From assembly GCA_965226055.1 (NCBI GenBank), contig CBDDCA010000005.1, positions 96,001 to 160,000 on the forward strand: a DNA stretch of 64,000 bases, written 5' to 3'. The notes beneath the pieces were generated by a model, which worked only from the letters and a program-made list of their open reading frames with translations, made no database searches and was not told where the DNA came from. Below are positions 1 to 10,095 of the stretch, one piece after another; the first letter of the stretch is position 1; each line of letters opens with the position of its first letter. Made by a program: the position numbers and the translations under genes. Origin of the DNA: Spirochaetia bacterium. GTDB taxonomy: Bacteria; Spirochaetota; Spirochaetia; WTKD01; G963693115.

Positions 1-87
1 TATAAAAATCGAAGTATCCCTTAAAAGAGTGCTAGCAGTGGATGCCATTTTTCTTGTGTACATAGAGAACATATAAATGAGAATCAA
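1..87 (-). CDS. 5' end of an unidentified gene running off the left edge (partial)
   Basis: Open minus-strand frame from TTG at 87 (overlapping the upstream gene's TGA) or ATG at 72 (MFSMYTRKMASTASTLLRDTSIFI) to the window edge; too short to assign. Confidence 0.3.
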   Translation of the reverse strand, partial: MILIYMFSMYTRKMASTASTLLRDTSIFI

Positions 88-683
88 TAATCAATAGTGT
101 TTATATGTGTAGTATGACTACCGTTCTTTTTCTGTAACATATCTATATAGTACTGTGGTTCTATAGCTTCTTTTTCTATGTGCAGTTCAGATAGTATATC
201 AAGTAAAATACGCTTCACAGAAGAAGCATTTACTACTGGGCTTTGTGAAGAGAGTGCTTCGTTATACTCCATTTCAATAAAATACCCTAATCCTTGTACT
301 TCTATTAGCTCTACAATAATAGAAACACCTTCTCTTTTCACTATATAAGAAAATCCTTTTTTTACTTTTTTAATGTATGTTTGAGGCCTAAGGTGAGTAA
401 AGATAGTATCCATAACCTTTGCATCTTGTACCTGTGTTTCGTACTCTATATTTTTTTCTATACCATCTTCAATACATTTTTCTTTAAAACTTACAATGTA
501 CAACTCATCATTACTCTCTCTCAAACGAATACTTACATCATGAGAAAACATATAGTATGTATCCTTTTTATGTACCAATTCTTTTTTAATACATATATGT
601 TCAAGTATTTTCTGTAACTTAAAGAAATTTTGTTCACTCACATGAGCTTTACATTCTATTTCATGCTGTACCATACAGGACAC
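84..683 (-). CDS. cyaB: CYTH-domain protein / class IV adenylate cyclase
   Basis: N-terminal EIECK (ExExK) motif, D-T-Y-Y, IRLR, EYET and GLGYFIEME motifs typical of CYTH; exact start uncertain. Confidence 0.75.
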   Translation of the reverse strand: MSCMVQHEIECKAHVSEQNFFKLQKILEHICIKKELVHKKDTYYMFSHDVSIRLRESNDELYIVSFKEKCIEDGIEKNIEYETQVQDAKVMDTIFTHLRPQTYIKKVKKGFSYIVKREGVSIIVELIEVQGLGYFIEMEYNEALSSQSPVVNASSVKRILLDILSELHIEKEAIEPQYYIDMLQKKNGSHTTHINTIDY

Positions 684-743
684 TACAATTAAACAGTATA
701 GAGCATTTCACAGTAAAAACAATACTACTCTGTACTATTATCA

Positions 744-1490
744 TTACTTTACTTTCCCTTGATTTGCTACTGATGCCATTGCAGCTTGTACTGCTTCCTC
801 ATCACCTAAATAGTAATGGTTTACTGCTTGCAACTGCTCATCAAGCTCGTATACTAAGGGTACTCCTGTAGGTATGTTTACTGACAAAATTTCTTCATCA
901 CTGAGGTTATCCAAATATTTCACTGCTGCTCGTAAACTATTGCCATGTGCAGCTATAATAACTTTCTTTCCTGACTGTATGGCAGGAGCAATAGTGTTTT
1001 TCCAATATGGCAAAAAACGATCAACCGTATCTTTCAAGCATTCACTCAGAGGAAGTTCTTGTTTAGACAACGATGCATACCGAATATCATTTCCTGGATA
1101 ACGAGCATCATCAGTACTCAATACAGGAGGAGGTACATCGTAGCTTCGCCTCCATATTTTTACTTGCTCTTCACTGTGCTTTTGTGCAGTTTCGGCTTTA
1201 TTCAATCCTTGTAAAGCTCCGTAATGTCTCTCGTTTAAGCGCCAGTTTTTCTCTACTGGTATCCAAAGGAGGTCCATTGTGTTTAATACACTTGTAAGCG
1301 TTAAAATCGCCCGCCTTAAGTAAGAGGTAAAGGCAACATCAAAACGATAGCCTTCTTTTCGTAAGGTCTCACCTGCCCGTACTGCTTCTTCCCTTCCTTT
1401 ATCTGATAAATCTACATCTTCCCATCCTGTAAATCTATTTTCTTTATTCCAGGTACTCTCACCATGTCTAATCATCACTACTTTATACAT
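744..1490 (-). CDS. gpmA: 2,3-bisphosphoglycerate-dependent phosphoglycerate mutase
   Basis: [29 protein letters not shown] motifs; start moved to ATG at 1490 ([10 protein letters not shown]), which follows an AAGGAGG Shine-Dalgarno. Confidence 0.97.
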   Translation of the reverse strand: MYKVVMIRHGESTWNKENRFTGWEDVDLSDKGREEAVRAGETLRKEGYRFDVAFTSYLRRAILTLTSVLNTMDLLWIPVEKNWRLNERHYGALQGLNKAETAQKHSEEQVKIWRRSYDVPPPVLSTDDARYPGNDIRYASLSKQELPLSECLKDTVDRFLPYWKNTIAPAIQSGKKVIIAAHGNSLRAAVKYLDNLSDEEILSVNIPTGVPLVYELDEQLQAVNHYYLGDEEAVQAAMASVANQGKVK

Positions 1491-1556
1491 AGCATCCTCC
1501 TTTTTTGTTACTATATTATTCTTATGTATACCATACAAACACTAAGAGTATCACTA

Positions 1557-2060
1557 CTACAAAGACATAGTTTCTAACAACATTGCCATAGTTTTCCATG
1601 CTAATAAAAAACAATAGCTACGAGAAAGACTCATTTTTCTTTGTAACACTGACATTGCTACTTGTAAATAATCATTGTCTTGTAGTGCTTCCTGCTGAGT
1701 ATGAGTAGGTACTGTATTTAGTATATACTGAACTGTATATTTAAAGCTACAAGTATCAAGATAGACAAAACTCTCACATAATAGCTCTGCCGAAGCATGT
1801 GCAAGAGCACAGTAGCTTCCACGATGAAATAATATTGTATTATTGCTTGTTGTTTTTATATGCTGATTATTGTTATTCTCAATCTCTTTTTGTAGCACCA
1901 TAAGCTGCATAGTATCAGCACAATACGGATTACTGTTGTGTGCTGTATGCAACATAGATTCTTTACTATACTCAAACCTTTCATCTGATATATAGTATTC
2001 TTTTTTTCGTGAATACTCTAAAAATTGATTATAAAGGTGATCCATGCTGACATATATCAA
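1557..2060 (-). CDS. sufU: SufU/NifU-N-type Fe-S scaffold or sulfur-transfer protein (divergent)
   Basis: Three Cys motifs NPYCAD, GSYCALAHASA and RSYCFLLAW match NPxCGD / GCAISxASA / RxxCxxLxW; directly downstream of sufS. Confidence 0.72.
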   Translation of the reverse strand: MIYVSMDHLYNQFLEYSRKKEYYISDERFEYSKESMLHTAHNSNPYCADTMQLMVLQKEIENNNNQHIKTTSNNTILFHRGSYCALAHASAELLCESFVYLDTCSFKYTVQYILNTVPTHTQQEALQDNDYLQVAMSVLQRKMSLSRSYCFLLAWKTMAMLLETMSL

Positions 2061-2078
2061 TCTATACTGATGTATTTT

Positions 2079-3308
2079 TTACATACTTTTATTAATTTCA
2101 TGTATTGTCTGTAACGCAGAAGTAAGTACCTGTATATCCTTAAGAGTATTGTAAAAATATGCTGAAATGCGTAAAATGTACTCTGTATGAAACACATGTA
2201 ATAAAGGTTGTGCGCATACATGTCCCGTTCTTACACAAATTTTCTTTGCATCAAGAATAAAACTCATATCTTGAGAGTGGATACTATCTGCTACTACTGC
2301 TATAGTTGCACTGGTAATCTGATCGTTGTTTCCAAGTATAGTAAAGCTATCAAGCGGAGCAAGCGCATCTAACATAGCTTTCCGAAGTACCTTATCGTGC
2401 TCTATGATATTTTCCATACCAACATGAGTAAGAAAATCAATGGCAGCAGCACATCCAATAGCACCTGCAATATGAGGAGTACCAGCCTCGTATCCTTCAG
2501 GACCATCTAAGAACTGTGTGTTATGCTCAGTTACTTTTACTATGGTCCCTCCTCCTGTTTTTACAAAAGGAAGCGTACGTAACCACTCTTTTCGAACACA
2601 CAACACTCCAATGCCTGTCGGGCCACACAGCTTATGAGCAGAAAAACACACTGCATCTACAGGCAGCTTTCGCAAAGAAATCTTACGATGTGCTGCTAAT
2701 TGTGCTGCATCAAGCAATACTTTTGCCCCATGTTTGTTACAAAGAGAAAGCAATTCTTTTACAGGAGGTTCATACCCAGTAACATTAGACATACCAGTAA
2801 TAGAAAGCACTGCTGCATCTTTTATTTTTTCTTCAGCACTGTTCATATCTAAACTGTTATCACGAGATACTCGTAAAACTCTAAACTCTTTTTGTAATCT
2901 CAAAGCACATTGTTGGAAAGGCACATATGAAGAGTGATGTTCAAAATCACTTACAAGAAACGCTTTTTTTTGTTGAGAAAGACTTGCATCAAACTGGTAC
3001 GCACTTGCAATAATATTTATGGCATCAGTAGTTCCTGCAGTAAAAATTATCTCATACTCATCATCAGCGTCTAAAAATAAACGCACAGTTTCACGTGCTT
3101 TTTCATATGCTTCGCTTGCACGTATACTTAACAAATAGTTTCCTCTATGAACATTAGCAGAGTAATCTTGATAGTATTCCTGTAATGCCTGTATTACAGA
3201 AATAGGCTTTAAGGCTGTTGCTGCGTTATCAAGATATACAAGAGGTACATCTTGATTAAGAATGGGAAAATACTTTCGTACTTGTTCTGGGAGAGCAAAA
3301 AAAGACAT
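2079..3308 (-). CDS. sufS: SufS-type (group II) cysteine desulfurase
   Basis: YLDNAAT, ANVHRG, FEHHS, DAAQ, SAHKLCGPTG (PLP lysine), EAGTP and RTGHVCAQP motifs. Confidence 0.92.
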   Translation of the reverse strand: MSFFALPEQVRKYFPILNQDVPLVYLDNAATALKPISVIQALQEYYQDYSANVHRGNYLLSIRASEAYEKARETVRLFLDADDEYEIIFTAGTTDAINIIASAYQFDASLSQQKKAFLVSDFEHHSSYVPFQQCALRLQKEFRVLRVSRDNSLDMNSAEEKIKDAAVLSITGMSNVTGYEPPVKELLSLCNKHGAKVLLDAAQLAAHRKISLRKLPVDAVCFSAHKLCGPTGIGVLCVRKEWLRTLPFVKTGGGTIVKVTEHNTQFLDGPEGYEAGTPHIAGAIGCAAAIDFLTHVGMENIIEHDKVLRKAMLDALAPLDSFTILGNNDQITSATIAVVADSIHSQDMSFILDAKKICVRTGHVCAQPLLHVFHTEYILRISAYFYNTLKDIQVLTSALQTIHEINKSM

Positions 3309-3422
3309 TACGATACCTTACGAGAAAAAATTATACATAACAATATACTGCAATGCTATATGCTTTATAGCATTGCGTATACAATAGAAATAATTATTTC
3401 TTATTATAAACAATCTCTCACT

Positions 3423-4025
3423 CTATATGAGAGTGAGGAGTAATTCGTTTACTCTTTCCCAGTTTATAATAGAAAAGAATGCTTCTATATAATCAGGTCT
3501 TTTGTTTTGATACCGTAAGTAGTATGCATGTTCCCATACATCTAATCCTAAAATAGGAGTAGCTCCTTGCATATAAGGAGAATCTTGATTAGCAGTACTG
3601 GTAATCAAAAGATTAGCATCTTTAACAATGAGCCATGCCCACCCACTCCCAAATCGAGTTGCGGCAGCAGTAGAAAACTGAGACTTAAAGTCATCAAAGG
3701 ACCCAAAAGCTTCATTTATCTTATTTACTATCTGCCCCGACGGCTTTTGCTTATCGGGACTGAGAATAGTCCAAAAAAGAGAATGATTTGCATGTCCTCC
3801 ACCATTATTGATTACTGCAGAACGAATACCTTCATCTACACTATCTATATTTTTGAGGATATCCTCTATTGCTTCATTTTCCCACTTTGTTCCCTCCACT
3901 GCTGCGTTAAGTTTAGCAACATATCCAGCATGGTGTTTTCCATGATGAATCTCCATTGTCTTCGCATCAATATGAGGCTCTAAAGCATCAAAAGAATATG
4001 ATAAATTAGGTAACATAAATGGCAT
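3423..4025 (-). CDS. sodA: Superoxide dismutase, Mn/Fe family (Mn-like)
   Basis: [31 protein letters not shown]; strong GGAGG Shine-Dalgarno. Confidence 0.93.
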   Translation of the reverse strand: MPFMLPNLSYSFDALEPHIDAKTMEIHHGKHHAGYVAKLNAAVEGTKWENEAIEDILKNIDSVDEGIRSAVINNGGGHANHSLFWTILSPDKQKPSGQIVNKINEAFGSFDDFKSQFSTAAATRFGSGWAWLIVKDANLLITSTANQDSPYMQGATPILGLDVWEHAYYLRYQNKRPDYIEAFFSIINWERVNELLLTLI

Positions 4026-4128
4026 ATAACCCTCCTAAAGTTTATATTGTTTATTTCAATTATAGCAAAAATACACAATTTAGTAACGACATTTTATATA
4101 TTTTTTTTCATTATAAACTGTATAAAAA

Positions 4129-5244
4129 TTACACTACTATTCTTTCTATAGAGGAAGATATGGTACAAATAAGTTCGTAGGGAATACTCCCCGAAACTCT
4201 TGCTTGTTCTTCTATTCTTACTGTATCATCTCCCCAAAACACTACTTCGTCTCCTGCTTTTACAAGATCATCTCCTACATCAACCATACACATATCCATT
4301 GTGATATTTCCCACTATTGGATATAACGTGTTGTTGATGCACACCTTTGCTCTATTGCCTAATGCCTTTAACAAGCCTTTCCCATACCCTATATTTATTA
4401 CTGCTATATTTGTATCTTTTGTTGTTTTGTAAAGAGAACCATATGAAATGCCATGATTGGCAGGATATCGTGCCACTCTACTTATATAACTTACGAGCTT
4501 CATTGCAGGCTTAATATGTAACTGGTGTTTTATATCTCTCTCTGAAGCGTACGAGCCATATAACAAAATACCCGGACGAAGCATATCAAAATAGGATTGT
4601 GACTGCCACACTAATGCACCACTATTTGCTGTATGCTCAATAAGAGGAGCATGGAGAGGGAGGTGCTTATACATTATTTTCTTAAAATAGGCATATCGCT
4701 CTAATTGTTGTTGTGTAACATTATCATCTTCAGATTGCGAAAAATGGGTACTCAACCCAACAACACGAATATCGTTACTTGATTGTAATAGTAAACAAAA
4801 TGCTTGTATATCTTTTTCAAGTAAGCCTAGTCGCCCCATACCTGTATCCAGTTGTATGTGTATTGATACTTTTTTCTGAAATAGCGATGAATAATAGAGT
4901 ATGTCTTTTAAGTACTCTATATCACCAACCATAAGCTCACAGTTATGATTTATTGCCAACTGTATATCCTGTTTTATTTGTTGAGTATACAGCAATATTT
5001 TTGGAGTGTATTGCCATCCTTGTATCACTTGTTGTATAGCACTAGCTTCTTCAACTGAAGAAATACCAAAGTACTCTATATGTTGATCCTTGACTATATG
5101 TACTATATTTGCAATGCCATGCCCATATGCATCAGACTTTATAGTAAGACATAATTTTTTTGAAGTTCCTATGTACTGACGAATGGCACTGATATTATGA
5201 AGAATATTATTTTTGATTATATAAATCTTTGGAGCATAAAACAT
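4129..5244 (-). CDS. alr: Alanine racemase
   Basis: IKSDAYGHG (PLP lysine), DTGMGRLG, ANSG, RPGILLYG, ISYG, MDMCMVD, IPYE. Confidence 0.93.
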   Translation of the reverse strand: MFYAPKIYIIKNNILHNISAIRQYIGTSKKLCLTIKSDAYGHGIANIVHIVKDQHIEYFGISSVEEASAIQQVIQGWQYTPKILLYTQQIKQDIQLAINHNCELMVGDIEYLKDILYYSSLFQKKVSIHIQLDTGMGRLGLLEKDIQAFCLLLQSSNDIRVVGLSTHFSQSEDDNVTQQQLERYAYFKKIMYKHLPLHAPLIEHTANSGALVWQSQSYFDMLRPGILLYGSYASERDIKHQLHIKPAMKLVSYISRVARYPANHGISYGSLYKTTKDTNIAVINIGYGKGLLKALGNRAKVCINNTLYPIVGNITMDMCMVDVGDDLVKAGDEVVFWGDDTVRIEEQARVSGSIPYELICTISSSIERIVV

Positions 5245-5341
5245 AACAATACATATATTGAAAATACATTAGTATTTTATATTATTATATAGCATTCTCT
5301 TATCTTATACAGAACATAGCCTTAAGCACATATCTTTGTTA

Positions 5342-6613
5342 CTACTTAAACAATACCCAAAAACGATGCCATAGCACTTTTAGTATATTTGCTTTTTCTA
5401 CTGCAGACTCAGTATACAGTTCTTTTTCCATAATGTTTATACTTCTTTCTTCATTATGTACCGAATACACTACAGAAGCCAATGCTGTATTTTTTTCTAT
5501 AGGAGCAAATATATGCTGTGTATCCGAATAATACTGCGTGTGTTTCTGTATGGTATTCACCCATAGAGCAGGAACACTGAGTAGAGTAGCATCAGCTCTC
5601 ATTTCTACTGTTTTCTTTTTTGCTCCCCATACTGGCATACTCTCCTTTATTGCAGGAAACTGTATCAATGAAAATACAACATAGGCAAAATCAATTAGTG
5701 CGATTGCTTCTTTACTACGTAATTGTATTCCTTTGCTAATACTCTCTGCTTGTATCCCTAACACTATAGCAAGCACCCTTCTCTTTTCTTTTTCTGCACT
5801 TGCTATCAAATTAAACCCTGCTGCACCAGTATACCCTGTTTTTAGTCCGTCCACATATGTATGTGTCTCAAGTAATCTATTAGTACTTTTACGATCTTGT
5901 TTCCAAAAAAAAGTACTTTGCGATGTATACGATACAATATCAAACTCCGAATGAGAGAGTATATATTGTGACAATAATGCGATATCTTCTGCTGTACTTT
6001 TATTTTTTTCTGATAATCCTGTAGGATCATCATAGTAAGTATTATGCAACCCTAATGCTTTTGCTTTAGCATTCATTGCTTGCACAAACCTTTCTACAGA
6101 GCCTGCTACTATATGTGCAAGGTATAGTGCAGCATCATTCCCTGAGATAACTAATAAGCCATGTAGTAGCTCTCTTCCTGAAGGAGTATCTCCTACTACT
6201 AAGCCCATACGTGAAGCATCGTATGGCAACGATGCAAACGATTCTGCACTTGTAACAGGATACTGCATATCCAAAGAAAACGCATGTTGCTTACTTCTTT
6301 CAAGTACTATCATAGCTGTCATCAATTTTGTCAATGAAGCTATACTCCGTACCTTTCTATGATTTTTTTTTAGTAATACTTGATTATTTTCACTTTCCAA
6401 TAACAAATAGCTTTCTGCAGTTATAACAGTAGAAAGTGCGGGATATTTAACACTATTACTCCATGTAGGATACACGAGGGCATCAATTTGTATATTATCA
6501 TCTGATTGTGCAGGGAGATTCCTTATATTCAAAAAAAATATAAGCATTATGATACCTACACCACACAATAGAGTTCTTTGCTTTACCCATGTAACAACAG
6601 AGAATACTTTCAT
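5342..6613 (-). CDS. D-alanyl-D-alanine carboxypeptidase (PBP5/DacA family, peptidase S11)
   Basis: SxxK (ASLTK), SGN and KTG motifs; N-terminal hydrophobic anchor. Confidence 0.9.
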   Translation of the reverse strand: MKVFSVVTWVKQRTLLCGVGIIMLIFFLNIRNLPAQSDDNIQIDALVYPTWSNSVKYPALSTVITAESYLLLESENNQVLLKKNHRKVRSIASLTKLMTAMIVLERSKQHAFSLDMQYPVTSAESFASLPYDASRMGLVVGDTPSGRELLHGLLVISGNDAALYLAHIVAGSVERFVQAMNAKAKALGLHNTYYDDPTGLSEKNKSTAEDIALLSQYILSHSEFDIVSYTSQSTFFWKQDRKSTNRLLETHTYVDGLKTGYTGAAGFNLIASAEKEKRRVLAIVLGIQAESISKGIQLRSKEAIALIDFAYVVFSLIQFPAIKESMPVWGAKKKTVEMRADATLLSVPALWVNTIQKHTQYYSDTQHIFAPIEKNTALASVVYSVHNEERSINIMEKELYTESAVEKANILKVLWHRFWVLFK

Positions 6614-6670
6614 ATATACTTCCTTTATACTATTTTTAGACTATCATACTACTTATGCTATACTACAACA

Positions 6671-7981
6671 TCATTCCAGTATTGTTATTTCTACCCGCCT
6701 ATTTTTTCCACGCCCTTCTTTTGTATCATTACTTGCAACCGGTTTTTCCGAACCGTATCCTTGTAACTCAAAATAGCTATCGTCCCATCCCAACTCATTC
6801 TGTAAATACTCTTTTACTACCCTTGCTCTTTGTACACTTAATTTCTTTTGTGTCGAAATACTTCCTACATCAGCAGTATGTCCTTCAATCAAAAGGTTTC
6901 GTGGAGCATATTTTTTAAGCACAGATACAATAGAATTAAGCATAACAGCAAGCGAGTCTACAGGAATATCAGTATTAGGATAGAACAATATATCTTCAAA
7001 AGATACTTGTATTCCTTTCTCATTTCTTTGTACTAACGATGTTGTATCCTGTGTACGCTCCGATGTTTCAACAGTATCTTCTAATGCTTCTCTCAACTCA
7101 TTTTCTATACGAGGCAACACTGTTGTATCAGTAGATGTTGTAGAAACAACGGGAAATACCTTAGAGGTAACTGTACCTTCTACTTGTATATTTTGTGTAT
7201 CTTGCATGCCATTATATATAAAATACATGATATAGTCTTCTGTATAAAATTCTGGACGATGATACAGATCGTTCCACCACATAAAAATTTCAAAAGAAGC
7301 ATTTATACGAACAAAAGATGCATCTCTCCTTTGTTGCTCTGGAGGATAGACATAATCATCAATAGTATATTGTATAAAAAATACAGGCAACTCTATCCCT
7401 GTATCCTTACTATCAGAAAAATAGCTTTGAGGAAGACTGTCATATCCAGCATAGGAATAGTATATTTTAATTGGAATAGGAACTTTTTGGTTCATAATAG
7501 GAATACTAAGATATTCAACACTGTCTCCTTTCCATGTATCTCCTTTTTGTATTGTAGTCTCAAGAAATACTGGAACATCCTTTACAAAACTTATATTTTT
7601 ATCGCCATTGGTACTTACTCTAAACCCTTGCTTATTTATTGTATACTGGTACTCATAATTGGCAGTCTTTATTCCTTTTTCAAAAAATTCAGTGTTTCCA
7701 TGTATAGATACTGTATCTGCAAGTCGCTGAGTAATAGTAATAAAAATAGTATTCTGTAATACATTATCTACCAGTATCAAGGCACCGTTTTGATATACTG
7801 TTTGTGTATTTTTTGATTCTATACGATACATATCGCTATCAGAAAAATCAAAAAAGAACACTTGTTTTTTTTCTGAATTCTGACTATTATTTTGAAGAGG
7901 TTGCTGAGAATATAATAAAAAACCATTTATTAGTAATATGTATACAATAAAGAAAAAAAACGAATATTGACGATAACTCAT
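6671..7981 (-). CDS. OmpA-family protein (C-terminal peptidoglycan-binding domain)
   Basis: Signal peptide; IEGHTAD, LSVQRA, GYGSEKPVASN, NRRVEI motifs. Confidence 0.88.
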   Translation of the reverse strand: MSYRQYSFFFFIVYILLINGFLLYSQQPLQNNSQNSEKKQVFFFDFSDSDMYRIESKNTQTVYQNGALILVDNVLQNTIFITITQRLADTVSIHGNTEFFEKGIKTANYEYQYTINKQGFRVSTNGDKNISFVKDVPVFLETTIQKGDTWKGDSVEYLSIPIMNQKVPIPIKIYYSYAGYDSLPQSYFSDSKDTGIELPVFFIQYTIDDYVYPPEQQRRDASFVRINASFEIFMWWNDLYHRPEFYTEDYIMYFIYNGMQDTQNIQVEGTVTSKVFPVVSTTSTDTTVLPRIENELREALEDTVETSERTQDTTSLVQRNEKGIQVSFEDILFYPNTDIPVDSLAVMLNSIVSVLKKYAPRNLLIEGHTADVGSISTQKKLSVQRARVVKEYLQNELGWDDSYFELQGYGSEKPVASNDTKEGRGKNRRVEITILE

Positions 7982-8015
7982 ATTATAAAGTATAATAAAA
8001 AACTAAAGGAGTAGC

Positions 8016-8525
8016 ATGGGAAAATACAAACATATTGATAATGCAGAATTTTTAGAAAAACAACTAAAAAATATTGTCAAAGAAGTACAAGAGATAGAGG
8101 ATCCTCATATTATCACAGAATACAAGCAATTTTTTAAGGAACATGTTAGCTTGTTTAGACGTAATTTTGTTGCAGCATATATCATCAAAAAATTCTTACA
8201 TGACAATGCCACACATACTACAAAAAAACAGAGAAAATACATACCACCACCAGATCGTTCTTTCAATAAAAAATACAATAACACAGAGCCTCAACAGAAA
8301 CATAGAAAGGTAATATTAAAAAACATTTCACAACATCAATGTACAAAAGAAGAGCTTCTCACCTTTTTAAGCTCTATTGATGGCGTTGAAAAGAAAGATA
8401 TTACACATATTACACTACAAGAAACAAAAACATTGGTATCCATTGCCCAACCAGCATTGAAGGCATTGACTAAAGGAATAAAAAACAAACCTTTTAAGAA
8501 CAAAAAGATTTATTATAGCTACTAA
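8016..8525 (+). CDS. Spirochaete-type DbpA RNA-binding-domain-like protein
   Basis: EDP..YKQFFKEHVSLFRRNFVAAYI N-terminal block and basic RRM-like C-terminus resemble spirochaete DbpA-domain proteins (recalled similarity); AAGGAG Shine-Dalgarno. Confidence 0.5.
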   Translation: MGKYKHIDNAEFLEKQLKNIVKEVQEIEDPHIITEYKQFFKEHVSLFRRNFVAAYIIKKFLHDNATHTTKKQRKYIPPPDRSFNKKYNNTEPQQKHRKVILKNISQHQCTKEELLTFLSSIDGVEKKDITHITLQETKTLVSIAQPALKALTKGIKNKPFKNKKIYYSY

Positions 8526-8556
8526 CATGTATCATAGCACAGAGATACAGACATAG

Positions 8557-8964
8557 CTACTGTTTTGTATCAATAACAATCCCTTTTAGCGATTCTTTAC
8601 TGAGGACAGATTGAGAATAAGATGTATCGCTGGATGTTGACATTGCTTTGAGAAGCGAGACTTTGTCTTGTACATCTCCTTGTTCCCCACTTACCATTTT
8701 CTGAATATGATTTCTCAATACATTCTGTTGCTGTGCATGAAGTGAAGCTATAAGAGAATTCATTGCTATTGCTTTTTGCATGCTCATGCCATTTTTAGAA
8801 TAACTTCCTTTGACATACCGCAAATTAAGATCTGTAAGTCCAGTACCTCGTATGTTTACTGTAATTTTCTTACTTGCTATTCCTTCATTCGTTTGCAGTA
8901 GATGTTTCAATTTATAATACCCAACATTGTTGGCATGTGATATATTTTGAAGTGATTGCAGCAT
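8557..8964 (-). CDS. Hypothetical protein
   Basis: 135-aa ORF with AGGAG Shine-Dalgarno, divergent from infA. Confidence 0.6.
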   Translation of the reverse strand: MLQSLQNISHANNVGYYKLKHLLQTNEGIASKKITVNIRGTGLTDLNLRYVKGSYSKNGMSMQKAIAMNSLIASLHAQQQNVLRNHIQKMVSGEQGDVQDKVSLLKAMSTSSDTSYSQSVLSKESLKGIVIDTKQ

Positions 8965-8992
8965 ATACTACTCCTGCTTTAAGTGTCGACTA

Positions 8993-9021
8993 TTGAAAAA
9001 AAAACTCAAGTAGTATATAAT
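8993..9021 (+). promoter_or_regulatory. Sigma70-type promoter of infA (probably leaderless transcript)
   Basis: TTGAAA (8993-8998), 17 bp, TATAAT (9016-9021); ATG begins 8 nt after the -10 box, no Shine-Dalgarno. Confidence 0.7.
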
Positions 9022-9028
9022 TCAAAAC

Positions 9029-9247
9029 ATGGCAAAAGAAGATGTAATAGAAACTGAAGGCGTGGTCAAAAAATCTCTCCCAAATACTATGTTTAAGGTT
9101 GAATTAAAAAATGGTCATGAAATTCTCGCACATTTAAGTGGAAAAATGAGAAATAATTATATACGTATTGTTCCCGGAGACACAGTAAAAGTGACCTTAT
9201 CCCCGTATGATCTCAGTAAAGGAAGAATTACATTTCGTGAAAGGTGA
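9029..9247 (+). CDS. infA: Translation initiation factor IF-1
   Basis: [13 protein letters not shown]...[44 protein letters not shown], canonical IF-1. Confidence 0.99.
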   Translation: MAKEDVIETEGVVKKSLPNTMFKVELKNGHEILAHLSGKMRNNYIRIVPGDTVKVTLSPYDLSKGRITFRER

Positions 9248-9299
9248 AAAATGAAAGATAAAAAATAATAGTATAAATATATATATAAACATTATATTG

Positions 9300-9372
9300 T
9301 ATAACATTTGTATAACATCATTTATATAACATCATGTTATATAACATTTGTATAACATCAGTTATATAACAT
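9300..9372. repeat. Imperfect tandem array of six TATAACAT units including the palindrome ATGTTATATAACAT
   Basis: TATAACAT at 9300, 9311, 9325, 9340, 9351, 9365; 14-bp palindrome at 9334-9347. Confidence 0.85.
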
Positions 9373-9410
9373 ATAGCGCAGATGTAATACGCTCTCTTCT
9401 TTTTGTGCTT

Positions 9411-10091
9411 CTACCATTGCGGTAACGATGGATTACGAATTTCATCTGATACCGTAAGAAAAAAAGTGTTGGTTTGTTTAATTGTTTCAAGATTTACAGG
9501 AACATCTTGTTCAATACCAGTTTCACTTTGAAGATTGCTCACTTCTTTGTCCTGTACTTGCTTAAAAATATCTGCATAGTTGCTCACTATTTCATAATTG
9601 ATACGATGAATATTGTTAGGATACAATATCAGCAGATCCCAAAAATAGGTAGCTGCCATACTGTACTCTTTTTCTAATAGATACAGTTCCCCTAACAAAG
9701 CTAATACTTTTTTTCGAAGCCCTTTACGTATGTTATTGTCCAATAAGCGTGTAAGCACATTCTTTGCTTGTTCACTATCATGTTCTGCTAGTTGTACGGC
9801 TCTATAGTAAGTGGTATAATTCTTAAAAATTGATAAAGGGAACAATTTCCTTTCCTCTTGTTTTTCTTGATCAATACCATATGTATCTGTATTGGCTTTT
9901 CCTGTTAATACAGTATATATAAACATATAATCAGGAGGAAAGAGTATAAATATACCTGTTAGTATTCCTATAAAGATATATAAAAAAAGATTTTTTTTCT
10001 TCTGATTTTTATGTTTCTGCACAGTCTTTTTCTTATTTATATGCTGTACAATAGTAGATCGTAGTTCCATCCTTTTCCTCATTAGTATCAT
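9411..10091 (-). CDS. Membrane-anchored TPR-like protein (Bat operon accessory)
   Basis: One TM segment, then helical TPR-like pattern (LLGELYLLEKEYSMAATYF); last gene of the moxR-vWA operon. Confidence 0.6.
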   Translation of the reverse strand: MILMRKRMELRSTIVQHINKKKTVQKHKNQKKKNLFLYIFIGILTGIFILFPPDYMFIYTVLTGKANTDTYGIDQEKQEERKLFPLSIFKNYTTYYRAVQLAEHDSEQAKNVLTRLLDNNIRKGLRKKVLALLGELYLLEKEYSMAATYFWDLLILYPNNIHRINYEIVSNYADIFKQVQDKEVSNLQSETGIEQDVPVNLETIKQTNTFFLTVSDEIRNPSLPQW

Positions 10092-10095
10092 TATA

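Noticed and set aside
1491-1538. N-terminal extensions in the ORF track for gpmA (also 42751-42774 of the giant lipoprotein)
   Set aside because: Downstream ATGs have strong, well-spaced Shine-Dalgarno sequences and give more typical N-termini
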